64,000 nt of DNA from an uncultured delta proteobacterium. Lineage in GTDB: Bacteria; Desulfobacterota; Binatia; Binatales; Binataceae. Positions 23,022-33,160 of this stretch are shown here, piece by piece. The notes beneath the pieces are model-generated. The model was not told where the DNA came from. It did no database searches and was given only the letters and a program-made list of their open reading frames with translations. Both the position numbers and the translations under genes were made by a program. How positions within the stretch are numbered: the first letter of the stretch is position 1; each line of letters begins with the position of its first letter. The DNA is taken from contig CAWJET010000001.1 in the NCBI GenBank assembly GCA_963842085.1, positions 1,536,001-1,600,000 on the forward strand, in the 5' to 3' direction.

Positions 23022-24599
23022 TTATGGCGTGAACGCATAGATCCGACCGTCGCCAGCGATGAAGAGATGTCCGTCGGTGGCCACAATGGTGACAAAGTGA
23101 CGCAGCCCCTCCATCGCATCGCTCGGACCTCCGCCTGTGAACACCGGCTCGCCGCTATCGCCCCGGAAGCCATGCAGGCGGCCGTCGCCTTCCGCCCCGA
23201 CCATCCAGACGATCGGATTTAGACCGTCGCCGGTCGTGGTCACGATTGGGGACCCGCGCCCGTAGACCGATCCGCACCATGCCGTGGAGATCATGGGCGA
23301 AGGATGGGTCCGGATCTTGAGCACGGTCAGACCAGGATTAGATAAACTCGATAACGAATCTCGCAGCCGCTCAAATATTCCGTTGGCGCAGCCGCTCCCC
23401 TGGCCCTCGAAGGCGACCAACGCGCTGCCATCGGAAGCGGTGTAGACGGCAGGGGCGGTGATGATCGGGCCACGAGCCACTTTCTCCACGGCGAGCGCAC
23501 CGCCGATACCACCGAGATTGTCGCGATTGAGGAGATAGGCCTTGCCGTCCTTGCCGAGAGCCAGCACCAGGCGTGCTCCGCCGCTGCCCTCTCGCACGTC
23601 GATCGGGAGAGGATTAGCGCCACCGAGATCCTCGTCGTAATCGTCGAGGGTCTTCCAGTCGGCGGGCGCGAAGAAATCACGGGGGCTCGTCGGACCCTTG
23701 AGATCGGGGCCGAGCCGGATGACGGCCTCACCATCGGCCCAGTCGTTGGCGTCCTTGGTGTTGCCGGTGGCGACGAACAGCGAGCTCCCGTCGTAACTGA
23801 TGCCGCCGGGCGCCCACACGCCACCGCCTGCGGCACGCGTGGTCCAAGCCGCGATCGTGCGGGGATCCTCGAGGCCTATCCCCACGACCCAGCCATGATA
23901 CGGCCCGCAGTCACCAAAGTGCCCGCCATACGGAATGAAGAGCATACGGTCGGCAATCGCCAGCGCACCGCGCTGGTTTTGCAAACGCGGCGTGAACGTG
24001 ATGCCGCGCGCCTTGAGGACTTGGGCGACGTTCACCGGGAAGCCGGGGAGGACCGAGCCATCGTCGACCGCCAGGCCGAACACCAGATGTTGCGGACCCG
24101 AACCGTCCTCTGCATCGGCCATCGCATCGAGGTAGATTGCGCCTTTGACGTCGTCGAGCACCGGCGTTCCAGTGACCCCGAGCGGGCTGATGTTGCCACA
24201 GGGCAGCGCCGACTGCGCAACGGGGCGCCCAAGTGATTTTCGCCACACCACCTTCCCGGAGCGCGCGTCCAGAGCGTAGACGACGTCGTCCTCGGTCGCG
24301 ACCAGCAGAAGCTGCCGATTGGTTTTCGGCGATTGCCAGAACAGCGGCTGGGCGTATACGTGTCCGTCAATGCGACCGTCGAAGGCAGGGTCGGAATGAA
24401 TTCCGCCCGCGCGCTCCCAGGTGAGACCAGGCATGACATAGGTTCCGCTCCGGCTCGGTGCGCCGTGATAGTTCACGACCGATTGAGCACGCGCATCGAG
24501 GCCGGGCAGGAGAGCCGTCCCAATCGCGAGAACGAGCCAGACAGCAAAGCGACACCACAAATGGCTTTGCTCTGTAAATTTCGGTCGTTCCGTCTTCAC
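23022..24599 (-). CDS. Secreted PQQ-binding-like beta-propeller protein
   Basis: Signal peptide; VYAQPL, VYALDARSGKVVW, GVTGTPV, GGGVW, DEDLG motifs. Confidence 0.85.
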   Translation of the reverse strand: MKTERPKFTEQSHLWCRFAVWLVLAIGTALLPGLDARAQSVVNYHGAPSRSGTYVMPGLTWERAGGIHSDPAFDGRIDGHVYAQPLFWQSPKTNRQLLLVATEDDVVYALDARSGKVVWRKSLGRPVAQSALPCGNISPLGVTGTPVLDDVKGAIYLDAMADAEDGSGPQHLVFGLAVDDGSVLPGFPVNVAQVLKARGITFTPRLQNQRGALAIADRMLFIPYGGHFGDCGPYHGWVVGIGLEDPRTIAAWTTRAAGGGVWAPGGISYDGSSLFVATGNTKDANDWADGEAVIRLGPDLKGPTSPRDFFAPADWKTLDDYDEDLGGANPLPIDVREGSGGARLVLALGKDGKAYLLNRDNLGGIGGALAVEKVARGPIITAPAVYTASDGSALVAFEGQGSGCANGIFERLRDSLSSLSNPGLTVLKIRTHPSPMISTAWCGSVYGRGSPIVTTTGDGLNPIVWMVGAEGDGRLHGFRGDSGEPVFTGGGPSDAMEGLRHFVTIVATDGHLFIAGDGRIYAFTP

Positions 24600-24894
24600 A
24601 ACGGTCTCGCGCTGGTAGAGTCAAGACTCGATCGCGTCCAAGAACGCTCGCGGGCTCGAAATCCGTATCCGCTGGAACGAATTGCTTCGCAAGATCGGCT
24701 CCGCCCTGCGGTTTGCGGGGTGGCGCTCGTACAACTCGCCGGCCACCTTATCAATCGGAATGCCGGATGCGTGCGACACGTTTGGTGCATCCATCGGTGA
24801 TCTCCTTGGCGGTGGCTTTGGTCGCTTTGATTGACCTTAAGCGCACGTGGCGGAATTGAAGGTGGGGCAAACCCGCCACGAGGCTCTTTAGCAA

Positions 24895-25245
24895 TCAAAG
24901 ATCGCCGACGCGACGCAACTTTTCGCAAACCTCTCTCATCACCGTCTGAGGCAGCCGGCCGAGTGGCCTAAGCAACCGTCGGCGATCAATCGCGCGGGAC
25001 TGATCGACCATCACCTCGCAGACGCGAGCGTTGCCGGCCATCCTTGCCGGCAACTCGACGCGCAAGACGTTCTCTCCGGCGAGTCGGGTTGTGCAGGGAA
25101 GGACCCACGTGCTCGGACGGTCCGTCTCGTTCAGCAGGTCCGACTGGACCACGACGACCGGCCGAACCTCTCCCGGTTCGCTGCCTCGGCGAGGATTCAG
25201 GTCGGCCGACCAAAGCTCCCCGCGCCGCGGGGACCTGTCAGGCAT
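24895..25245 (-). CDS. mazF: PemK/MazF-family toxin
   Basis: RRGELWSADLNPRRGSEPGEVRPVVVVQSD, LPCTT, VDQSRAIDRRRL. Confidence 0.9.
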   Translation of the reverse strand: MPDRSPRRGELWSADLNPRRGSEPGEVRPVVVVQSDLLNETDRPSTWVLPCTTRLAGENVLRVELPARMAGNARVCEVMVDQSRAIDRRRLLRPLGRLPQTVMREVCEKLRRVGDL

Positions 25246-25498
25246 CTTCGAGGCCCTCACCGACCAGCGGATCGAGCTCTTGCACCGTCCCGAGGGTCGA
25301 GGATCGCACTCGCACCGAGGCCTCCCGGAATTGCCGGCGAAGCTCCTCTCGAGAAACGGATTCCTCCAGTAGTCTAAGCGAGCGGCGAATAACTTCAGTG
25401 TTGGACCGCGCCTTGAGTAGCCGTCTCAATCGCCGGACTTGTGCGTGCTCCTTAGCTGCAAGGGTGAACGATGATTTTCCGATGGTATTGGATTTCAT
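25238..25498 (-). CDS. Putative antitoxin (RHH-like)
   Basis: Small ORF overlapping the toxin start; SNTEVIRRSLRLLE. Confidence 0.75.
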   Translation of the reverse strand: MKSNTIGKSSFTLAAKEHAQVRRLRRLLKARSNTEVIRRSLRLLEESVSREELRRQFREASVRVRSSTLGTVQELDPLVGEGLEDA

Positions 25499-25973
25499 GC
25501 TTATCTCATACCTTGGATGCATCTTCAGCGCAAACGTTAGCCGGGCGACGGAACCGATCTCTCCTGCACAGTAAAGCGTGGTATCTATGGTTTCTGAGCT
25601 AGCGGATTCTCTAAAACCGATACCTCATGGAGATTCCTCCTTGACGGGCAAATGATGCGAGTTATGAACGATTGCGATGCCGGCGCTACAAAGGGATAAA
25701 GCGAGGGTGGCGCTTCCAGCGCTTCCAGCGCTTGCCGCTGTCCGGTGTTGTCTTGTTCGCTAGAACTGTATGAATTGTGGAGTGAGGATCGTTCCCACGC
25801 CGAGAGAACTATAGTGGTGGCCGGCTGCTGACTGAAGTCGTCGCCAGATCGCCGCGCGCCTAAAGATCAGCGCAGCACACGTCGCCTGCTTGGAAGTGTA
25901 AACAGTCCGCCAGCACGCGTTGGTTAAGCGTTATCGAAAACTCGAAAGTTCCGCCCGACACGCCTCCAAAAGA

Positions 25974-26023
25974 GAAGGCACGCGTTGGCGCCACCATGAG
26001 GGCGTGCGACCAAGCGTGCCTTC
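25974..26023. terminator. Long hairpin downstream of the XRE gene
   Basis: GAAGGCACGC-GTTGG...CCAA-GCGTGCCTTC. Confidence 0.5.
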
Positions 26024-26062
26024 GGCTCGGAGGAGCGTTCGACCAATCTTTACAGCGGCTAG

Positions 26063-26503
26063 CTATTTTCCCACTGCGTGACGAACCGTGTTTAGAATAT
26101 AGATCAGATCGCGAGGCGACTGAACTTCTCCAAGAAGCGCCACCTGCGACAACATCTCCATCTCGGTGTTCGAGACGTTGTGGATACGTCGAAGTTGGTC
26201 GTTCTTTCGGAACTGGTCCCAGGCCGAAACTGAAGGTTCTGCCGTCTGCGGTTCTGCAGAGAGTAAAGCCTCCGTGTGCGGGTTGGCGAGAAAGAACAGT
26301 TCGCGCTTATCGAAGCCGAGAACTTCCGCCAGTCTCGTGACAATCTTGTCGGAGGGGTGGCGCTTGCCTGATTCCAAGTGTCCCACATATGGCGTCGAAG
26401 TCTTGATCCGCGAAGCGATTTCGTCCTGTGTGAGATCGAGCTCCCTTCGCCTTTTGCGTATCACGTCACCGAAATTCGGTTCCTTCGCACGAGCTTTTGA
26501 CAT
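26063..26503 (-). CDS. XRE-family transcriptional regulator with an extra C-terminal helical domain
   Basis: FGDVIRKRRRELDLTQDEIA..YVGHLESGKRHPS; ATG at 26503 after GGAG. Confidence 0.9.
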   Translation of the reverse strand: MSKARAKEPNFGDVIRKRRRELDLTQDEIASRIKTSTPYVGHLESGKRHPSDKIVTRLAEVLGFDKRELFFLANPHTEALLSAEPQTAEPSVSAWDQFRKNDQLRRIHNVSNTEMEMLSQVALLGEVQSPRDLIYILNTVRHAVGK

Positions 26504-26750
26504 CTCCGATTTACCTTTCGCGGCGCATGGCGCAGCGGCTGCTGTTACTGAATTGCTTGCTTCCGACACGGTGTGGGTTAATATCAAAGGGCTAAACAGG
26601 AATAAATAGGAATTGGCTAGCAACTATAGAACTCGTCGCTTATAGAGATTCGTCAGCTTGTCGTTCATCTCTACAATATGTTGAATTTTCGGCAGTTTAG
26701 CCGGTTTGGAGATTAGCCATTCTTAACCAGCTTCTCTTTCGAATTCATCG

Positions 26751-26996
26751 ATGAACATCTCTTTTGGATCGGCATCGAAATGGAATCTCGCCCCGCTAGT
26801 GCATTTGCATGGCCCAAACTGCGGGGCGAGAATCGTTCCTACGCCGAAAGAAGAAAAGCGCTGGCGGCCATACCTTGGTTTGAATCAGCGCGAGATTGCT
26901 GCACGGCTCAAAGTCAGCGCCGCAATGTCCGCTTATCTGGAAATGACCTTCCAGGGCAGGTACGCGTTGTTCCCGAAAATTAGCCGCCTTCGATGA
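26751..26996 (+). pseudogene. XRE HTH fragment
   Basis: LGLNQREIAARLKVSAAMSAYLE; otherwise degraded. Confidence 0.4.
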
Positions 26997-27056
26997 AATC
27001 CGTTCCGTCGCCGATTTTGTTCGACCGCTTGACCGAAGTGTTAATGTGGTAGACGA

Positions 27057-29525
27057 ATGGCCCGGCGAAATTGCGCGACCTCTTCGAAGGCTATTGGCGA
27101 TGCTTGCGCCAGTGGCGGCTGGATCGTCATGATTTTAGCTGCGCTCGCGATTCTTTTCCCCGCCAAAGTTTGCATTGCAAGCGACGCCAGTAGCGCGGCC
27201 GTGCGCCGGCTCAAGCTGGGCGGCACAATCAAGGACGCGCTGGGAAGGCCAATCGTCGGCGCCGAAGTGCGCTTGGAAGAGGGCGGACGCGTGATTGCGC
27301 GCTCGCGCACCGACTCGGCGGGAGCATTTCAGTTTAAGCCGGTCGCACCGGGAACCTACGTCGTTATCGCGAACAAGCAGGGGTTCACGCGAACGCTTCA
27401 GACCGTCGTGTTGAGTTCCAGGAGAGCCAACCAGCTGCTGGTCGTGACGATGGAAGCGAAGGAGGCGCTGACGCTGCAGGTGATAACACAACGCCTCGAT
27501 CGCGCGCGCAACGATCTGTCCACCGAAATCGGCAGCACCGCCTATCGTTTCGATCAGCAGGCGATTCATCGGCTGCCCGAGGGACAGGACTCGACGCTCG
27601 CGCAGGTGCTGCAGCAGGCGCCGGGCGTGAGCCAGGACTCTTACGGGCAGGGACAGGGTCAGATTCACATACACGGGGAAAACGGCGGCGGCATCCAGTA
27701 CCGAATCAACGACGTGTTCCTGCCAGAGGCGGTGACCAGCTTCGGCGAGATCTTCAGCCCGCGCTTCGTGCGCAGCCTCACGCTGCTGACGGGAGTGCTG
27801 CCCGCGGAGATCGGATATCGCAACGAGGGCATCGTCGATATCCACTCGAAGGATGGATGCACCGACGGCGGTCCCGACAATGACAACGTCGAAATTTACG
27901 GCGGCCAGCGCGACACGGTCGAGCCGAGTTTCGAGATCGGCGGCTGCAAGGGGCGGTTCAGCTATTACGCAAGCGGCTTTTATTTGCGCGACAATCTCGG
28001 GCTGCAGGCGCCGGACGACAGCCCCGATCCAAACCATGACCATACTGAGCAGGGCCAGGGATTCGCATACCTGTCGTATCTTGTGAACTCCCAGACGCGG
28101 CTCTCGATGATGACGGGCGTGGCGGTGAACTCGTTCGAGGTTCCTCCCGCGCCGGGACTTGCGCAGCAGTTCACGCTCGCAGGCGTACCGACGTTTCCAT
28201 CCGCGGACGTCAAGGAAAACGAGCTGGAGCAGAATTACTATGGGATCCTCGCGTTGCAGGGCACGATTGGCGGGAACCTCAACTATCAGGTGGCGGGATT
28301 CAGCCGCTACTACGAGCTGAAGTTCAATCCCGATCCGATCGGCGACCTCATATACAACGGCGTCGCGGCAAGGATTCTCCACACAGGCTTCGTCAACGGA
28401 GTGCAGGAAGACACCAGCTACCGGCTCGATTCGCGTCACACGCTGCGCGCGGGATTCTACCTGAGTGGCGAGGCGATTGAGCTAGACGATCATGCGGAGA
28501 CGTTTCCCGCGATGGACGGAGTGCAGACCGGCACCACGCCGATTTCGATCGTCGACGACAACAATCAAATCGCGTGGCTGCTGGGAGTTTACGCGCAGGA
28601 CGAATGGCGGCCGCTCCCGGGCCTGACTGTTAATTTCGGCGTGCGCTGGGACTGGATGAGCGCGTTCGTGACGCAGAATCAGTGGAGCCCGCGGCTAGCA
28701 GTTGAATACGCAATGACGCGAGGGACCACGCTGCACGCGGGCTACGCGCGTTATTTCAAAGTGCCGCCGTTCGATCAGGTCGCGCTCGAGACGGTCGAGA
28801 AATTCGCCGACACCACCAACGCCGCGCCGGTCAACAGCGGCAACGACAAGATCGAGGCGGAAACCGACGACTACTTCGATGCCGGCATCCGGCAGCGCGT
28901 TGTAGATGGCCTCAACATCGGGGTGGACGGCTTTTACAAGTTTGGCCACGACCAGCTCGACCTCGCGCAACTTGCAGGCACGGTTGTGACCGCGCCGCTC
29001 AACTATCGCCAGAGCCGGGCGTGGGGGTCTGACTTCAGCCTGACCTTTGAGCGCAATGGGCTGTCCGCGTACTTGAATTTTTCCTACGCCGTGCTGCAAG
29101 CCAAATATATCAGCGCAGGTGCGTTCCTTGCCGACGACGCCGCGGAGATCGGTTACATCGCGAATCATTGGGTTACACTCGACGACAATCAGATGTTCGT
29201 CGGGTCGGGCGGAGCGTCGTACCAGCTATGGGGATTCCTGCTGACGGCCGACGGTATCTGCGGCAGCGGTTATCGGCGCGGTTTCGCGAACAGTGGCGAG
29301 CTGCCGCCGATACTGCAATTCAACGCGGCGATCGTGCGCAGCATGCGAATGCCGAAGCTCGGCGAGCTCGAGGGGCGGATCAGCATGATCAATGTCTTCG
29401 ATCACACGTATCAGATTCGCAATGGCAGCGGGATTGGCGTGTTTTCGCCGTCGTATGGCGCGCGCCGCGCTTTGTACGCCGGAATAAAAATTCCACTGGC
29501 GCCACTGGTCAAAGGATCGCCCTGA
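27057..29525 (+). CDS. TonB-dependent receptor
   Basis: Signal peptide, carboxypeptidase-regulatory-like domain, plug (LQQAPGV), YAQDEW, GVRWD, barrel-type C-terminus. Confidence 0.93.
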   Translation: MARRNCATSSKAIGDACASGGWIVMILAALAILFPAKVCIASDASSAAVRRLKLGGTIKDALGRPIVGAEVRLEEGGRVIARSRTDSAGAFQFKPVAPGTYVVIANKQGFTRTLQTVVLSSRRANQLLVVTMEAKEALTLQVITQRLDRARNDLSTEIGSTAYRFDQQAIHRLPEGQDSTLAQVLQQAPGVSQDSYGQGQGQIHIHGENGGGIQYRINDVFLPEAVTSFGEIFSPRFVRSLTLLTGVLPAEIGYRNEGIVDIHSKDGCTDGGPDNDNVEIYGGQRDTVEPSFEIGGCKGRFSYYASGFYLRDNLGLQAPDDSPDPNHDHTEQGQGFAYLSYLVNSQTRLSMMTGVAVNSFEVPPAPGLAQQFTLAGVPTFPSADVKENELEQNYYGILALQGTIGGNLNYQVAGFSRYYELKFNPDPIGDLIYNGVAARILHTGFVNGVQEDTSYRLDSRHTLRAGFYLSGEAIELDDHAETFPAMDGVQTGTTPISIVDDNNQIAWLLGVYAQDEWRPLPGLTVNFGVRWDWMSAFVTQNQWSPRLAVEYAMTRGTTLHAGYARYFKVPPFDQVALETVEKFADTTNAAPVNSGNDKIEAETDDYFDAGIRQRVVDGLNIGVDGFYKFGHDQLDLAQLAGTVVTAPLNYRQSRAWGSDFSLTFERNGLSAYLNFSYAVLQAKYISAGAFLADDAAEIGYIANHWVTLDDNQMFVGSGGASYQLWGFLLTADGICGSGYRRGFANSGELPPILQFNAAIVRSMRMPKLGELEGRISMINVFDHTYQIRNGSGIGVFSPSYGARRALYAGIKIPLAPLVKGSP

Positions 29526-29595
29526 CGTTGATGCACGTTGCCTCCGGTGAATACCATGGTGTACAAATTCTTGGGGGATTCGGAGGAGTTCAAAT

Positions 29596-29745
29596 ATGAG
29601 TGACTGGAAAAAGCCTGAGTTCGTCGAGATCCGGATGGACGCGGAAATCAACTGCTACAGTTCGGCCCTCGCTGACGATCCCAGGGTGCGAGTCCTGAAG
29701 CAGCCGTTGATTCGCGACAACTCGGAAACCAGCCAGGAATCCTAA
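29596..29745 (+). CDS. pqqA: PqqA-like precursor peptide (49 aa, not in ORF track)
   Basis: RBS GGAGGAG; MSDWKKPEFVEIRMDAEINCYSSALADDPRVRVLKQPLIRDNSETSQES with WxxP and ExxxY motifs. Confidence 0.8.
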   Translation: MSDWKKPEFVEIRMDAEINCYSSALADDPRVRVLKQPLIRDNSETSQES

Positions 29746-30415
29746 GACCCGGCCGTCGTGCGGGTCCATATCCCAAGTCGAGACGATCGGATGCGGTCTC
29801 GGCTTCGAGGCATTTTTCGTCAGCGGCAAAGTGCCGAGCTACGTGAAAGCGCCGCCAGTCAATTACGACGGGGCTATTGCCAGTACAAACAGGGCTGCAA
29901 TTCACAAGAAATTCATATCGTACTGTTTTCTTTCTTCGCTGCGGACGCGTCCTCTTCTATGGCATATCACTAATCCTGATGAAAAGGCGTGCTTTTGGCA
30001 GCACTTGATTAAGGACATGCCGAGGCTCGCGGCGACCGCCTGCTTACGCTCGACGCCGACCAGTCCACGAACCCGATTTCATCGTAAAGATGTGGCAGGC
30101 CTAAACTGGCAGTGATATCGTGATCGCGTCTCGCAGCTTCGGGAGTTGGCTGCTGAATGTCGTGCCGCGGCAAATACTCTCGGTGCCGGTGCGCAAATAT
30201 GAATTCCGAGGTGCAGAACGAAATCCGGCTCAAAGCTTGCGCCAGCGGATTCATCATCGTCGACGTTCCGCTCACCTATTTCCGCGCGGCGCGGGCCGCT
30301 GCACGCGAGGCTCATCAGTTTCCGACTGAAAGTCCCGCGTTCTTCAGTACCCCCTTTGGAAAATCCGCGACTCGCTGGACTCCGCTGATTGTGAAGAACG
30401 CGGCTATTACCTGAG

Positions 30416-33160
30416 ATGCGTTTCGTGTCGTTCACGCGGTCAATCGCCGGGTTTAGTTTCGCATTGTTCCTGCTGTCCGCGTTTGCGCTGTTGATCTTGA
30501 TGGGCGGCGTCGTGACCGTCGCCTCTGCTCAAACCGGCGAAAGCTCAACGCCATCGGCGAAAGCCACCAAGAAAGCAAAAGCCCTTACGGTTTCGCCCAA
30601 GAAGCTTAACTTTGGTGAGCTTGCGCCCCTAAAGCCGAGCGCGCCCGCGACCGTAACGATTCACAATCCAAATTCAATTGCGATCGAGATCAGTTCGATA
30701 GATCCACAAGACCCGGAGTTCGTCCCCTCAGGCAACTGCGTGCGAAGCCTGGCAGCGGATGGCAACTGCGCCGTGTCGATCGTCTTCACGGCGTCATCCA
30801 ACGGCAAGAAATCGGCAAAGCTGACGATCGTCAACGGCGCCAGTAGCAAATCGCTCAGCGTTAGCATGACCGGCGAAGGCATCGGCACACCGATGCCGAG
30901 TCCAACCGCGACCGCCACGGCAACACCGACGGCGACCCCAACCGCGACAGCAAGTAGCGACCCGACCGCGACGGGCAGCGCGACACCGACCGCTACGGCG
31001 ACGCCAGTTTCCGGCGCGATCGTACTACCCATCGAAGTGATCGGTCCGCAGGGCGAGACGGGAACGCGAAGCTTCACGCTGACCTCGGCGCAAGCCAACA
31101 GCGCGGTGACGTTCTGGCTTCAGGGTAACCATCTGGGCTACGTACCCTCGCTGCAGAAGTTGCCGCCAGGTAAGGCCAGTATCTCGCTCAATGGCGGGCC
31201 GTGGCTGGCGCTCACGAACGAAACCGTGACGGTGCTGCCGCCAGGGGCAAATTACGAAGGTATCGATGGCGGCCTATTCGACACGGTCAAGGTCACCATC
31301 CCGATAAGCACGCTCGGATCGGTGGTTGCCGGCACGAACACGGTCAGCTTTAGGATGAACCAGACCGATGGTGTCACAACTGGCTTTCGAATTATCGCAT
31401 TCAACCTGCTTGCCTCGGACGGTTCGCAGATCATGCCGGCGGACCAGTTCGCCAATGACGACCCGAGTCTTTGGACGGCGCCGCTCAACGATTCCGCCGA
31501 CATCAGCGCGGGTCAAACGCTCTGGCATACCGCGACCCTCGCGCAATCGTCTTTGACGACCTCGACGATTAAGGCACACTGCGCCGATTGTCATGCCCAA
31601 GATGGGCGCGACCTGAAGTATTTCAATTACTCGAATTATTCAATTATTCAGCGCAGCCAATTCCACGGCCTGAGCCAGCTTCAGGGTGAGCAGATCGCGA
31701 GCTATATCCGCTCGGGCATCCCGAATGCGCCGGCGTTTTCCAGCTATGCACGGCCGTGGAACCCGCCCTATCAGCCTGGGCCGGGGTTGAACTCGCATTC
31801 GATCGCTGACTGGTCGGCTGGGGCTGGCATCCAATGGGTGCTGGACGATGATACACAAACACTCAACTATATATTCCCCAATGGGTATACCCCCGCGGCG
31901 ATACCAGCCACCGGCGCCATAGATAAGCGCGAAATTCCGGTGTTTCTGCCGATGCCAAGCTGGAATCAATGGCTGCCGACGGTCTCGCCGATGGATGCAT
32001 ATACAGCTTCAACGCTTACCGCTATGGGCGCTTCGGCGACATCTTGGGCAGGAAGTGGGGTAGCAAGCCGCTACAACGGCATGCGCAGCAACCTCACGAG
32101 CAACCTCACACAATACATCACGAACCCGACGAAGGGTGTTGGTGGTTCGGGTTCGTCATTTGCTTCGGACTTAGAAACTTGGGATTTTGCAGACAGGCAA
32201 AGTCTAGGCATCAATCCAAACGCACCGTGGACACCAATCTTGAGTAACTATGCTTATGCTCTTTCACGATGGCAACTTACTAAAGTGTGGGAAATGATGC
32301 ATGAGTTCAACCTTGAGGGGCAGCTTTCTCAGTCCGAAGGCTACAATCTTACCATGCCGACCGATGATCGGGTATGGAATGCCGCTGAGCCGTTCATGTC
32401 AGCTCTATTCCGCATAGGTATTCCAACCGAGCCCAACGGTGAACAGCCGTACTACAACGCAAGTGATAATAACTTTTACGGTGATCAACTCAAGGATACA
32501 TATTTCACGAGTGCGTGGTACTACGTGCAAATTCTGCTGCACTCGGGCCAGCGTCAACGCGGCGGTAACAGTCCTATTGACTGGGGCTACTACCTCAACC
32601 ATATGGGTAATGAGTCGTCGTTAAATGGTCACCTCGGATATGCTGGACTCATGACGATGGTATGGCTCAATGCCCAGCAGGAGGATACGACCACCGCGAA
32701 TGCCGGTTCGAGAGTCCATAACAGCTCGGGCTATTTGCTGGATCCCGACTATGGGTTTAATCCGGCTTGGGGCTCCGCGCTCGATAACCTCGTCTTTCCG
32801 CAGTACTTTGGCTACGGGGCACCGGGACCGTGGGCTAACCTGAGCCCCGCCAATGCGGGACAACTGGTCGGGACACTGAGTATGGCGTGGTTGAATGAGG
32901 CCTCGACGTGGACACCTGCACAATGGGATTCCGTTAAGAATGATGATGGCACTGCTTTCGGCTCACCGAGTCTTGTATGTACGACCGGTCAGTACGATGG
33001 CACGGCTGCCGGCAACCGCACCTATACCGCGATATCCGAATTTCAAAGCAGCCCTTACGACAATGACGACGTCTCGGGCAATGTGCTGACCGCTGATATG
33101 ACTGCCTTGGCGACCTGGGCAACTACGATCTGGCTAGCGTGCAATTGGAGTCAGTTTTAA
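30416..33160 (+). CDS. Secreted protein: ASH/choice-of-anchor-D-like Ig domain, PT linker, CxxCH module (paralog 1)
   Basis: Signal peptide; LTVSPKKLNFG..VTIHN..NC..C.VSIVF; TPTATA linker; CADCH at 31580-31594. Confidence 0.88.
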   Translation: MRFVSFTRSIAGFSFALFLLSAFALLILMGGVVTVASAQTGESSTPSAKATKKAKALTVSPKKLNFGELAPLKPSAPATVTIHNPNSIAIEISSIDPQDPEFVPSGNCVRSLAADGNCAVSIVFTASSNGKKSAKLTIVNGASSKSLSVSMTGEGIGTPMPSPTATATATPTATPTATASSDPTATGSATPTATATPVSGAIVLPIEVIGPQGETGTRSFTLTSAQANSAVTFWLQGNHLGYVPSLQKLPPGKASISLNGGPWLALTNETVTVLPPGANYEGIDGGLFDTVKVTIPISTLGSVVAGTNTVSFRMNQTDGVTTGFRIIAFNLLASDGSQIMPADQFANDDPSLWTAPLNDSADISAGQTLWHTATLAQSSLTTSTIKAHCADCHAQDGRDLKYFNYSNYSIIQRSQFHGLSQLQGEQIASYIRSGIPNAPAFSSYARPWNPPYQPGPGLNSHSIADWSAGAGIQWVLDDDTQTLNYIFPNGYTPAAIPATGAIDKREIPVFLPMPSWNQWLPTVSPMDAYTASTLTAMGASATSWAGSGVASRYNGMRSNLTSNLTQYITNPTKGVGGSGSSFASDLETWDFADRQSLGINPNAPWTPILSNYAYALSRWQLTKVWEMMHEFNLEGQLSQSEGYNLTMPTDDRVWNAAEPFMSALFRIGIPTEPNGEQPYYNASDNNFYGDQLKDTYFTSAWYYVQILLHSGQRQRGGNSPIDWGYYLNHMGNESSLNGHLGYAGLMTMVWLNAQQEDTTTANAGSRVHNSSGYLLDPDYGFNPAWGSALDNLVFPQYFGYGAPGPWANLSPANAGQLVGTLSMAWLNEASTWTPAQWDSVKNDDGTAFGSPSLVCTTGQYDGTAAGNRTYTAISEFQSSPYDNDDVSGNVLTADMTALATWATTIWLACNWSQF

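Noticed and set aside
25709-25735. Short tandem repeat GCGCTTCCA x2.5
   Set aside because: Too short and without context; probably slippage
32420-32612. Diversity-generating retroelement explanation for the variable patch
   Set aside because: Differences are not adenine-specific and include an indel; no reverse transcriptase in the window
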